A stretch of DNA of 64,000 bases from Eledone cirrhosa (lineage: Eukaryota). This document shows, in pieces, positions 52,118 through 64,000 of the stretch; the first letter of the stretch is position 1, and the number at the start of each line of letters is the position of its first letter. Location: positions 294,314,001-294,378,000 of the forward strand of contig OZ024743.1 of the NCBI GenBank assembly GCA_964016885.1, in the 5' to 3' direction. The position numbers and the translations under genes were made by a program. Below the pieces are notes generated by a model. That model made no database searches and had not been told where the DNA came from. It worked only from the letters and a program-made list of their open reading frames with translations.

Positions 52118-52610
52118 CATTATCATCATCATCGACATTCATTTTCCTTGTTATTTGAGGTTTGACATATCACATATCAGTCGGTTACTACTCTTTCAGA
52201 GCATATAACATACAGGTGGGCCGGGGGTTTGACATGTGATAAAGTATTCCACCGAATGAGTTTTCTTGTGTTATCAACACTAAAGATGTTGTCATGTCTT
52301 TAACATAGCCGAAGAGTCCCCCTATCCTTTGTCTGGTAGGCTTTCTCCAGCTGAATGCCATCCCTGTCATCAACCACTTTACAGAATGTATTGTATGCGT
52401 TTACCGTGTAAATCCCCAACATTGATACGATAGTCATATCCATGATACAGCTGATAAGACCTCTCAACCCTATATTTGGCAAATTCATTTTACGGTGGTA
52501 CGCCCTTTCTATTACCAATCTCTTTACTGAGTGTACTGGATGCTTTTATCTTATATATAATATATATATATATCAAAATAAAGATCGGAAGACATGGTAT
52601 AAATTTCCAA

Positions 52611-52699
52611 TCATTTTAATCACGACACATGTTTCAATAAGAGATAGATAGATCGTGCGGCAATGATCGATTATCACTGATCTCGTCAGGTGAAAATGA
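52611..52699 (-). ncRNA. type-I hammerhead ribozyme, canonical core
   Basis: tcattttcac-CTGACGA-...-GAAAC-ATGT-GTC-gtgattaaaatga; extended stem I; ~40 nt from (TA)n. Confidence 0.72.
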
Positions 52700-53431
52700 A
52701 TTGTCTTCAAATCCTTGATATGAGGGAGAAAATCTAACGATGTTTACTCACTAGAGTTTTGTCCCCCATATGAAAATTAAGCAGCCAAAACACGCCGGCT
52801 GCTATCGACCTCAGTTGGGGTCATAAAACTCTCAAGTCTCTATCTCTCAATAGCTGTAAAAGACGCTGGACGGGTCTAATCTCAATATCAAATCTTTAGA
52901 ATTACAGTCGGTCTCAGTTAGTGTGTGTGAGTACACACACACTCACACACACCGACGCGAGGTCGAAGAAAAAAAAAAATATATACGAGCGGACTACTTG
53001 CTCTTCACATGGATTTGTATATACCAAAACATACACTTTTTTAGACGTTACGGATGTGTATATACCAAAACATACACTATTTACAATTCAATCGATACAC
53101 GTATAGCAGAACATTGAACTGAATTTACTTGCGTGTGTATAGGGTTGCGGTTGAGCCAATTTCTCCAATTTCCATCGTCAAATGGAGATTTGACCAATAT
53201 AACATTTGTTGTTTTGTAACCTAACTTTCGGAGAATACTATGTTGGTTTGTATATATATATATTTTATCCTTCGGATCTTTATTTTGATACATCATCTAG
53301 CTGTTCCCATAAATGGAATTGTTGATACAAAAGCGTGGATAACTTAATATTGCTAACAAAAGTTTATTGGACCGTATGACACAACCAATGATACACCTTA
53401 CAATATAACAATATATATATATATATATATA

Positions 53432-54693
53432 CTAGCTGAGGTGTCTGGTAATACCCTGGACCGTGGGTATTACCAGTTCCCATTAAAATGCCCAATGCCT
53501 CTCATACCAAAAATGAAACCAAACAAATATAGGACAGATAATCAAAAGCGAAGACAAATACATTTACGAAACAATAATACGAACAAATATTGTTGATTGC
53601 ATTCGTCAGGCGAAAAAATGTTTGTCAGAGAAGTTGAGTTTTGCTATAACGAAAAAAATAGAACCGTGGGATAGGCCAAGAATTTTCTTTCAAAAGAAAC
53701 TGAAGACTTACTACTGGATTAGTAAGGCGACAAATAGCTGTTCAGATCAGAGGAATGCTACTTCAATGTTATAAGGACCACAAATGCATAATCGTTCTAC
53801 AAATTAGAAAGAAGATATATCTGTAATGGAGCATGTAAATAAATGTTACAGCAAGTGGAGAATATTAAGTTGCCTTGCTGAAAAACCAGCCTTTGAGTGG
53901 TTTTTCTGCTAGCCTGTGTAGTTGATATTATACGCAAGTATATATATATGCATGTAGATATGATACATCAAATAAAATTGTAATGGACAATATACACAGA
54001 AATTGAACGAAGACTGCGTTACACTGTCTTATGTAATCAGTAACATATTCCATTGACGGAAATATATGACTGCTTATTGAAGCGATCTCTAAAGAAGTGA
54101 ATCTTAAAATAAGCGAGAAAATTATTTATATTTAATCAAGAATAACGAAATTTAGTACATAAATTATTCATTCATTATTTATTCAAAGTAATTCAAATTA
54201 TTTTACAAACGGGATAAAAAATATATATTCTGGACGCTGCCCCGCACTTCTCCCTTTATTAGAATTTAGATTTTAAGAACATTTTAAGCTCACAACAGCT
54301 AAAGCCAAATTTCGTTCATCAGTTAATCAAAAATCAGCTTACGCTTTGCTCGAATGGTCTGGATAATGTTGGTCAGCAAAAAGCCATCCTTAGTACATAA
54401 TCTATCTGTGTTTCATGTTGGAAAGAAATTGGTTGAGAGCTTTAAAAGTTATGGCAGAAAATAACATTCATATGAGCATTTGTATACAAATTTCCTATTC
54501 ATTTTTAACAAATCGATGCAAACTGGAAATTATCGATGTTTTTTCAACTTCAAAGTACGTAAGAAATCAAATGGACATAAGCCCCACACACGTGTCAAGT
54601 TTCATCAAGATCGGCTTGGTAGTTTTTGAGTTTTAGGTTCACAAACAAATCCACAAACAAACACACACACAAACAGACAGAAATTGCCATTTA

Positions 54694-54700
<7 letters not shown>
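53432..54700 (-). mobile_element. non-autonomous Helitron-like element
   Basis: The minus strand ends CTAG|T, preceded by a 12-bp hairpin (CTGGTAATACCC/GGGTATTACCAG, 53445-53476). The other end has AAGTTTCATCAAGATCGG..ACAGACAG next to (TA)n; that boundary is approximate. Confidence 0.65.
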
Positions 54701-54737
<37 letters not shown>

Positions 54738-55404
54738 CATGTATTATGTATGTATTAAGATATATATATATATATATATAGGTGCGCGTGTGTGTGTATG
54801 TGTGTGCGTATGTGTATCTGTGTGTGAGTGTTTGTGAGGGTGAGGGTGCGGGCAAGCGTACATGTATATATACACATATGTACATGTATATATACATATA
54901 TACATGTATATATACACGAAAAACGCATCCAGTACATTCCCTAACGTGGTTGGAGACAAATAAACGTATATAACTGTAGCCATATATACAAACCTTTACA
55001 TTTGAGTACACATTCAAATATTCACTCGGATTTGTTTATTTTTTGAATGCAATTACTGTATATTTTACAAGTTGTATTTTATTGCTATGTATACAATTTA
55101 TTCGCATACAAGAGCTAAACTATCAAGCGGCAGTTAACTAAAACAAATTAATAAATACGTAAATGAATAAACAATGCTTAAATATATAGATAAACTAATA
55201 GCAATTTATCTTATAATAGTTTATTTCAGTTAGAAGTCGTTATAGAGATAACTTTAAAAGAACCCGTTGATACATTTCCTCATAGAAATATACAAATTAT
55301 CTTTTTCTATAATATAATATATTATATTATTTAAATCACCAAATGAAAAACAAATACGTAAATTCTGTTAATGTTTGATATAAATATCGTTTTATATTTT
55401 CCAG

Positions 55405-55453
55405 CGTTGCGTTGATAAATGTCATGTTCTCTGCCATTTTGTTTATAAATGAC
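55405..55453 (+). CDS. candidate 49-nt internal exon
   Basis: TTTTATATTTTCCAG| ... |GTATGT; open hydrophobic frame VALINVMFSAILFIND. Confidence 0.35.
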
Positions 55454-55814
55454 GTATGTCATTCTTATAGAATTAAATTAAATTGAATTGAATTAAATTT
55501 AATTTAATGTATTGTCATTGTGTTACTTAACAAGTCATGATGTATTGTTTGAAACACAAAATCAGATAAGAAATTATACAGAATATAAATTATTATTATC
55601 TGTACTAAGAAAAAATAACGTTTCATATTGTTTTACACAGACAGTTTAGTTAAGACTCCATCTTAAAATATGGGCATCCTGTTAGCAACCGTCGGTGTGC
55701 AATGATTGTTTTAAAGTTTGGAGGAATTTATGCTTCAACACATTTTCTTCTATGATAATTGCCACGTCTGAAACACTTTTCTCGTGTATAGTTCTTGTAA
55801 CCTTTAACTTATTC

Positions 55815-55889
<75 letters not shown>

Positions 55890-56399
55890 TGAGAGAGAGA
55901 GGGAGAGATAGAGATAGATAGATAGATGGATAGATAGATAGATAGAGAGAGAGAGGTACATAGGTAGAGAGATAGATATATAATTTACGTTAGGCTGTTT
56001 ACCAATGGGTAGAACCGATGGTTCGGGCTGGTAAACGATGATGCAACAAATTAATTAAAGCACTCAACGCTATGAAAATCCTCCATCGTAGATCTTGTAT
56101 TTCTACATGTTTCGAAGGCCCAGCTCTATAGTCTGATTATGATGCAAGGGTAGGTGATTTCACCAGGTGTTATATAGAATAGAATATATGAGATGAAAAA
56201 ATAGTAGATAGAAAATAGAAAATATTGGACTGATTCGTTTTGGGGACAGCCTGCTAATTTGGCAAGAAATGTGCCTACATGATCAATATCTGAAGATCAT
56301 AAAGATATTGGAAATAGCCAAAGAACATTCAGCAAACTGGTTGTGCAGAGCATGACTACTTATAGTTGTGACTGAAAGATATTTTAAATGTTATGAAAC

Positions 56400-58400
56400 C
56401 ACTTCCAAATCTGGTTGCCATCCCTTTTTGTATGCAGTATGCTGTTCATGGTCGTTGTTGTACAAGTTTTATTGTTCGTCCTCATAATTAATTCTGTGCT
56501 TTTTTCGATAGCATTAGCTCGCTTCTTTATCATTGAAATATCGTGTTTATTGCTAAAATTGTTTTGTAGTTTTCAATTCCATTTCATTTTTAGAAGCAAT
56601 ATCAATTTTCTAGCATACGCTTTTGAAATACCCTTTTCATTTTACTTTCCGCGATGTTATCTGATTTCCCATATACCTAAACTTTTGTATCTGCTGACTT
56701 CCTCGTGTTTCATCAACTGTCCATTTGTTAACATTATATATATGGATTTTGGTCTCAGTAAAATAAATACACCTCACTTTTAACTATAATCCCATATATT
56801 TGCTGAATATATAAAAAGGTGTTTACATTTCATCAAAGGTGCTTATATTTGATCTTTTTTTAATACATCTTAAAAAGCATTAGTATTAGAAATTGTATGT
56901 TTCCCCTAGAACCAGTTTTCGTAAATTTAACATTAAAGATATCATGCAGACTTCGAAGAGTAACGGTAACAAAATATCTCATTGGAAGATTCCTAATTAC
57001 ATTTCGATCATCTCCAGGAATTCTTCTGATAATATATGTTCACACCTCCAATATTTTATGCAGCATTCAAGGCATTTATCTGCATTGTTTGCCACGACAA
57101 ATCAATCCATACATTCTATTATTCATGAGCAGGGAATCGATTACACGCTTTCTTGTAATATACACAGTTCAATGTCATTTTCTTATGTCTTTTCTTATAA
57201 TCTTTCAATATCACCATATGTATTTTTTTTAGTTCTTCTGCTCTTCCTATTTAGCCCATTTGTTCCTTTAGCAATACATATTATCTGCAATGATTATTGA
57301 TAACAATTTCCACATCAAAGGGAGGCATGATATTGGAAGAAAATTGTCGACAGTATTTCCCTTTCATTGGTCTTTTAATACGAAAATCGTTCTTCCGTGT
57401 GTCATCTATGCAGGCACCCTATCCTTACCGCTTATTATGTTATTCATTTTCACGGATATTCTCTCATGCAGTGATTTGAATCTCTTTAACAAACATTCTT
57501 GAAAGCCATCACTGCCTAAGGCTTTCCAATTCGAACACTGCTTAATTACCCTCACCTGTGTAACCTGTATGTACTTTCCCGGTTATTGATTTCTATTTCA
57601 CCTGTTTGTGTCTTTAATCATTCAGTTTCTTCGCTCCAAATTACTCTCCAGAACATTTTACTTTGTTCCCGATATGGTGTCACTTGTTCTTGAATTTCAT
57701 TTCCAGATTACCCCTTATATATCCATTTCTGATCCATACTGAATATATGGTTTTGTATGCAGAGGTTTATTCTTTCTTTGCATATTTTCCAACAGCTCTC
57801 TTACACGTGTTACACCTGTGGGTTTTGCTATATTTTCTTTAGAAATTACCCTTCGTATTTCAGCTAACCATTTCTTTGTTTTCAAATAAGTTTTTATCAG
57901 ATCTTGATATGTTTATATCCAATTATGCTTGTTACATTTTAATCCAATTCTCGTCACACATACATTAGCAGTTGTTATTATGTTGATTTTGATTATATTG
58001 TTTGTGTTTACATGATAGATAATTCTATTTTCCTTGATGCTCGGTGATCTCTTCCAGTTTAGCCCTATCAATTTTCCTAAACTATTTTTCTGCCACCCAA
58101 AGTTTAACAATTTCCTCAACTCTTTTTATTCTTATTCGCTTAATCTATTACAGCCATTTAACGATGCGTCTCATCCTCCTTGCACCTATTAATTTTCCTG
58201 AAAGGTTTCCAATAATTCATTTCCTTCAACTCTACGGAAACATCATCTACGTCTGCTTGTTGCTTCAAATTCAAATCCAGTAAGCCAACCACTTTTTCGT
58301 ATTGCAATGACTTAGTCACAAATTTGAACGAACCTCTTTCTAGTCACTTTCTATGCATTCGCTATCACTGACACACTCTGTTCATTTACTAGATTGCTTC
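56400..58400 (-). mobile_element. highly decayed LINE-like remnant
   Basis: Purine-rich minus strand with only vestigial RT-like stretches (e.g. near 57410-57430); no long ORF. Confidence 0.3.
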
Positions 58401-58817
58401 GAGAGTAGTATTCCATAAAAATCATGTTCGTTTGCTCACTCAATATGTGTGTTAAAAGATTACCAGCAGCTGGAGGATGTCATCCGTATCTATCCTCCTG
58501 AAAACTTAGACACGAAAGGGTCGAGACCTGTTTACCATTGGATTCAGTATCCTTCGCATCGCTATTTGATGATTGATTATGATGGGGCTGCAAATACTAA
58601 ATTTACGCAGTCATCAATATATCCCTCGAATGAAAATATCTAAAAGGGCTGCTAGCCAAGGCTGAAGCCAACCCACTATGTATTTCTCATCTCCGGTTTA
58701 AGGTTTCAGATTAAAGTATCCTTTTTCCAGTGTGCATTTCCTTGCTTGAGAGGGGTTTCTCCTCTGAATACCTTCTGATGTCCAGTTCTTACCACTTACA
58801 CGCACACACATACGCAC

Positions 58818-58883
<66 letters not shown>

Positions 58884-58989
58884 ACATGCATACACATACA
58901 TACACATAAATATATATAATCTGCACATGCACATATAAATATAGAGCTGAAACTTCTGAGTTCATTTGACGAGTTTTGATTTTCGTACC

Positions 58990-59400
58990 CATGGATTGGC
59001 AGTATCAGTAGAGGGTCGGACGCCATGCTTTGACGCTTAGAATTACGGCTCTTGCCATTTTGTGTTCAAATCCTGCCGAAGTTAACTTTGCCTTTTATCC
59101 TTACGGGGTCGATAAAATAAAGTACTAGTAATGAACTGGGTAATTTCTGGCCTTGTGTCAAAAGTAGAAACAAGTATTATTATCATTTAGCTTTGGGTTT
59201 CATCATTACGGAATGGATAAAATGAATTACCAGTAATGCACGGGAGTCGATTTAATCAACTTTTCCCTCCCCTTCAAATGGCTGGCCTTGTGCCTAAAGT
59301 AGAAAGGTTAAATTTTATCCTTACGAGGTTGATAAAATAAAGTACCAGTAATGCACTGGGTAATTGCTGGCCTTGTGCCAAAAGTAGAAACAATAATTAT
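58990..59400 (+). mobile_element. tandem/composite SINE copies
   Basis: GTTCAAATCCTGCCG B-box; repeated GATAAAATAAAGTAC core and CTGGCCTTGTG..AAAGTAGAAA tails. Confidence 0.75.
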
Positions 59401-59446
59401 TGTGATTATTCGTAACGCTTTTGTTCTGGCAGATGTTATACTGACA

Positions 59447-59800
59447 CTATACTACAAGAGCGAGCAATAACCAATAGTCTTTTAGGTCATTCCCTCTGCT
59501 GCAACTTTCCAACACCCTCCTTAGAATTGTTGCTGTTCTCGGATGAGCTAATTTCTGCAACAATCCTATTCTGATGTTAATACCTAACTGAACAAGCCAT
59601 GCATCCAACCTTCTACTAACTGCTTCCTGAGCTGCCAACCACAATCGATACCACTTCTACGTGTCTGATTCTCCACAGTTTCCTGATTTCTCTCTTCAGC
59701 TCTTGGTATGTCTCAACTTTCTCACTTTCCTTCTCATTCACCCTGTGGCCCCACGGTGAAGCAATATTCACAATACATGTCTTGTTTTTTTTCTTTCCTT
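59447..59800 (-). mobile_element. old RLE-type non-LTR 3' fragment (distinct family)
   Basis: IGLLQKLAHPRTATILRRVLES resembles LQKACLLGTARTLRYVL; TTA run at its 5' junction. Confidence 0.6.
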
Positions 59801-59811
59801 ATTATTATTAT

Positions 59812-60030
59812 TGGCGGTGGATTATCAGTATCGGTAGAGGGTCGGACACTCTGCTTTGCAGCAAAGAGTTACGTCACTTTACGATCTGAGTTCAAATCCC
59901 GCCGAGGTTAACTTTGCCTTTCATCCTTATGGGGTCGATAAAATAAAGTACCAGTAATACACTGGGGTCGATTTAATCGACTTTCCCCTCCCAAAAAATT
60001 GCTGGCCTTGTGCCTATTTAAGAAATCATT
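59812..60030 (+). mobile_element. tRNA-derived SINE, best copy, with (ATT)n tail
   Basis: A-box-like GGCGGTGGATTATCAGTATCGG, B-box GAGTTCAAATCC, tail GCTGGCCTTGTGCC..AGAAATC(ATT)n. Confidence 0.82.
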
Positions 60031-60050
60031 ATTATTATAATTATTATTGT

Positions 60051-60397
60051 TCTTTTAGTCTCAGTCATTGATGTTATTTAAATGGAAAGTTTGTTGAAAT
60101 GAATATCAAGCCGCTACCTTCAGCCTCAGATATTCAGGACGTATCGGAGGGTTCTTTCTGTTCCCAGCAAGCATGCCTTTTGAAGTGTTCCAAAAAGCGG
60201 GGCTGGACTAATTTTCTTTAACCATCCTTGGAAACTCTTTGAGATATATCTAGAGCGCCTATGACAATCGGGACGACTCTGACTTCATGGCAGTTCCAAA
60301 TCCTTTTTAACTCCCAGTTTAAGTCCTGGTATCGGTTAATTTTCTCCCTCTCCTTTTCTTGCACTCTCGTGTCAATGGGCAGGCTACATCTACAATC
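60051..60397 (-). mobile_element. family A-related 3' fragment inserted in the SINE (TTA)n tail
   Basis: Homologous to 10157-10505. Confidence 0.85.
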
Positions 60398-60435
60398 ATA
60401 TTATTGTTATAATAATAATAATAATAATAATAATA

Positions 60436-60475
<40 letters not shown>

Positions 60476-60639
60476 GTGTTGTTGTTGTTGTTGTCGTCAT
60501 CATCATCATCATCATTATTTTTGTTACATGTTTCGACTCAACATGTTCAATTTCTCCGCATGTTTGTTCCTTTTTTACATTGTTTAAAAATGTTATATAT
60601 TGAATATTTGTTAGTTTAGTAGATAGTCTAACCAGGATC

Positions 60640-60825
60640 TTCGTGAACTGGGTTACTTATCCGTGAGCGGTACTCCCGCTATTCAAGAATTTCATTGTTA
60701 TCAAATTGTCGTTAATTGTTACCCTTCTTTTCACACGTTTTTTAATCTATTTGTAAACCCCACTGTCCATGCTTTATATTGTCCTTTATATTTTGGCCTT
60801 AGAGGCCAAGAAAGAAATTATTATT
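60640..60825 (+). mobile_element. Tx1-like 3' UTR remnant
   Basis: TGTAAACCCCACTGTCC..TATTGTCC..GGCC..AAAGAAATTATTATT matches 28463-28540. Confidence 0.65.
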
Positions 60826-60829
60826 ATAT

Positions 60830-61022
60830 TGGCTGTATCGATAGAGCGCCGGACACCATGTTTGTGGCTTAGAGTTACGGCCATTTTTGTTCTGATTTCA
60901 AATCCTGTCAAGGTTAGCTTTCGCTTTCATCCTTACTGAGCCGATAAGATAAACTCGTGTCGATTTAATCGACTTTCTCCTCTCCCGAAATTGTTGGGTT
61001 TGTGCCTAAATCAGAAAACATT
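60830..61022 (+). mobile_element. degenerate SINE copy
   Basis: GATTTCAAATCC, CTTTCATCCTTA, TCGATTTAATCGAC and TTGTGCCTAAATCAGAAAAC. Confidence 0.7.
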
Positions 61023-61681
61023 ATCATAATCTTCATAATCATCACCATCATCATCCATCTTCAAGTAGTAGTAGTAGTAGTAGTAGTTGTAGTAGTAGTA
61101 ATATCAATATTTATAATGATGACGACCATGAACATGATAATTTCCTAATTAGGCATGAAAGCCTAAGAGATATGGCAGTGGAATGATAGAGATTTTAATG
61201 TATTTCTTTTAGTTTTCTTATTTATTCATCATTTTTACAATTTATTTCAACGTTGATGCATTCCTCCTTCTATTTACCTCACCACTGTTTTATTCTTTCT
61301 CTCCTGCTCTCTCTCTCTCTCTCTCTATTTAACCCTCTTCCATTGGAAATTGAAGTGAAGCGTTTGGAACTGCTTCACTTATTTCGCCATTATCTCACAT
61401 CGTCACTTCCATTACACAGGACGGAGCTATTACTACACCGTCAGCAACACCATCAACACAACCATGACACCACCACTACTTCCAGCAACAATACCACCAC
61501 GACCAGCAACACCATTATAAACACAACCATCATTACCAACACAACTACCATTACCACCATCAAACTATCAGCAGCACAGCCATCAATCCCTCCCCACCAC
61601 CAACACTATTGCAATTGAAACTTCAGCTGGAATCATTATTTCATGAGTTATTGCTGTTACTGTTGTTGTTGTTGTAGTTAC

Positions 61682-61849
61682 TCTTCTTCTTCTTCTTCTT
61701 CTTCTTCTTCTTCTTCTTCTTCTTCTTCTTCTTCTTCTTCTTCTTCTTCTTCTTCTTCTTCTTCTTCTTCTTCTTCTTCTTCTTCTTCTCACCACCGCCA
61801 ACATCACTACTACTACCTCTACTACAACTACAACCACTACAACCACACC

Positions 61850-61930
<81 letters not shown>
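61682..61930. repeat. (TTC)n and (ACT)n microsatellites
   Basis: Direct reading. Confidence 0.95.
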
Positions 61931-61932
<2 letters not shown>

Positions 61933-62129
61933 CAGTGCTATCATCATTTTTGCACCCCCTATTCTTTTAAAATAAAACAGTGAAAGAGGATCCTAATACC
62001 AGACATAGACTGTACAACCGACACAGTGAACTACTGACAACATCATGTCCAGTTGGCCAATCCTTGCTAGTCTGAATATATGCACACACAAATGCTCATG
62101 TTCAAAACCTCGATGTAAAATCAGACATG

Positions 62130-62415
62130 ATCTAGTTAAAATATATACCACATAGAACAGACCATGACATCTGAGTAGTTGCAAAATTCTGTGGTATGAC
62201 TATCCAAGCTAACAAAGAGGCCAAGGCATATCGTCCAGATGTAATAATTATAACTGAAACAAAATACAGATGTGAAATGATCAAAATATTGCACAAAAGA
62301 ACCAGAAAATCTGTCAAAATACAAAAATCTAAAAATTGAAAAGTACTGGATAAAGGGGTAAAGGATATAAAGGTAAAATCACTACCAATATTAAAAGGCA
62401 CAATAGATATGGTTA
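62130..62415 (+). mobile_element. decayed family-B-like RLE fragment
   Basis: TIQANKEAKAYRPDVIII, LSKYKNLKIE and KSLPILKG resemble the family B C-terminus. Confidence 0.6.
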
Positions 62416-62760
62416 TATATCATCATCATCATCATCATCACCATTTCACGCTAGCATGGGTTAGAAAAGTTGCCCCGTTATGAGATAAGCCAGGTCAGGT
62501 CACCGTGTCTTGCTCATGCAGACCTGGTTTTGGCTTGGTTTCTACGATTGGATGTTCTTCGCAACATCAACTACATTTACAGTGTCGGCTGGGCGCTTTT
62601 GTAGTGGTACCTAAACGACAACTTTACAGTGTTGGCAGGATACCTTTTGTCGTGACACCTACACGACCACTTTACAGTGTTGGGTGGGGCGTTTTGGGAG
62701 GTAGATCTAGGGGCGTGTGTGAGAGGCAGAGTGTGAGTGCGTGGATGGAGTGTTAAGCTA

Positions 62761-62838
<78 letters not shown>

Positions 62839-63014
62839 CAATATCGGAGAAAGCTTTTTAGCGATACTCCGACCAAATTCCAACTCACTCAACAAACATT
62901 AGTAAATAAGTAATTATATTCCCAATTATACGTTCGGGGTGCTAACTAAAAGTATTGCGGGGAAAATTGGCTGTATTATTTCATATGAGACATATCTAAT
63001 ATATCTCTCTATAT

Positions 63015-63055
<41 letters not shown>

Positions 63056-63056
63056 G

Positions 63057-63188
<132 letters not shown>

Positions 63189-64000
63189 TATTAAAATAAC
63201 AGATTAAAGTTTAAGCAAAGAATCGCTGCTTTCACCCTTAACGGGATCTTCTGAAACTAACAAAGTCAATCTGTAAACGCAGAACTGGATATTTCACAAT
63301 ACGTTGCAACCGGAGGAAGACAGGAAGACGATACTTTGGTTCGTGGTAACGTTCCCTGGAAAAGAACGGGAAAAAACGAATAATACGTCATTAATAGGAG
63401 CGGTGAAAAACAATTATGCGCAAAGACAAAACCACGTTTATGGTATAAAAGAGGTCGTAGACTAATGTTCTCTTAGGTGGTTCATAGAGACGTTCTCTGG
63501 CAATGAACGAAAACAACGAAGATAATAAGTCATATGTGGAGCGTGGAGAACGATAGCACGCAAAGACAAAACCACGTAAATGGTATAGCAGAAGTCGTAG
63601 ACTAAAATTCTAACTAGGAGACCAAATGAATCTCCGCTACAGAGTTAAGAACAAAGTAAATAAATACAATACAGAAGTAATAGAAACAAATAAATACATA
63701 CACGCAAACAGATACGTACATACACAAGCATACGCAAAACCTTACCATGGGTATACAAAACCACGCACATATAAATATGTGTGTGTGTGTATGCTTGTGT
63801 ACAAATAAATAAATAATTATATAAACGTATATAAGTAAATAAATACGTATATAACAAGCGCACACGCATACCTACATATAAATACACGAATGTTCGGAGA
63901 CGTAACTCAACTAAAACAAGAAGTACACATATACACACACCCACCATACGTACGAACCTGCACACTCACGCGGACGCAAAACTCCCGTATACACATAGCC

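Overview
Eukaryotic, AT-rich, microsatellite-dense DNA. The tRNA-type SINE family and the repeat landscape suggest a cephalopod (Octopus-like); that is an inference. No complete host gene is visible, only three weak candidate exons. The window is almost entirely retroelements sorted by microsatellite target. (1) At 9737-29703, one (TTA)n tract has become a ~20-kb chain of at least 10 non-LTR insertions separated only by (TTA)n spacers. These are two R4/Dong-like RLE families, always on the minus strand, and Tx1-like L1-clade (APE-RT) elements, always on the plus strand. (2) At 30900-53400, Penelope-like elements (PLEs) and their remnants sit in (TA)n tracts with inverted pseudo-LTRs, including a 1.5-kb near-perfect inverted repeat. 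They carry eight hand-folded type-I hammerhead ribozyme motifs, and three unrelated PLE loci show the compensatory U3-A8 core (UUGANAA) instead of C3-G8. Also present are a deleted mariner, an RTE fragment, a Helitron-like element and several SINEs whose 3' tail resembles the Tx1 3' end. Most ORFs in the supplied track are microsatellite or antisense artefacts. All alignments and RNA folds were done by eye.
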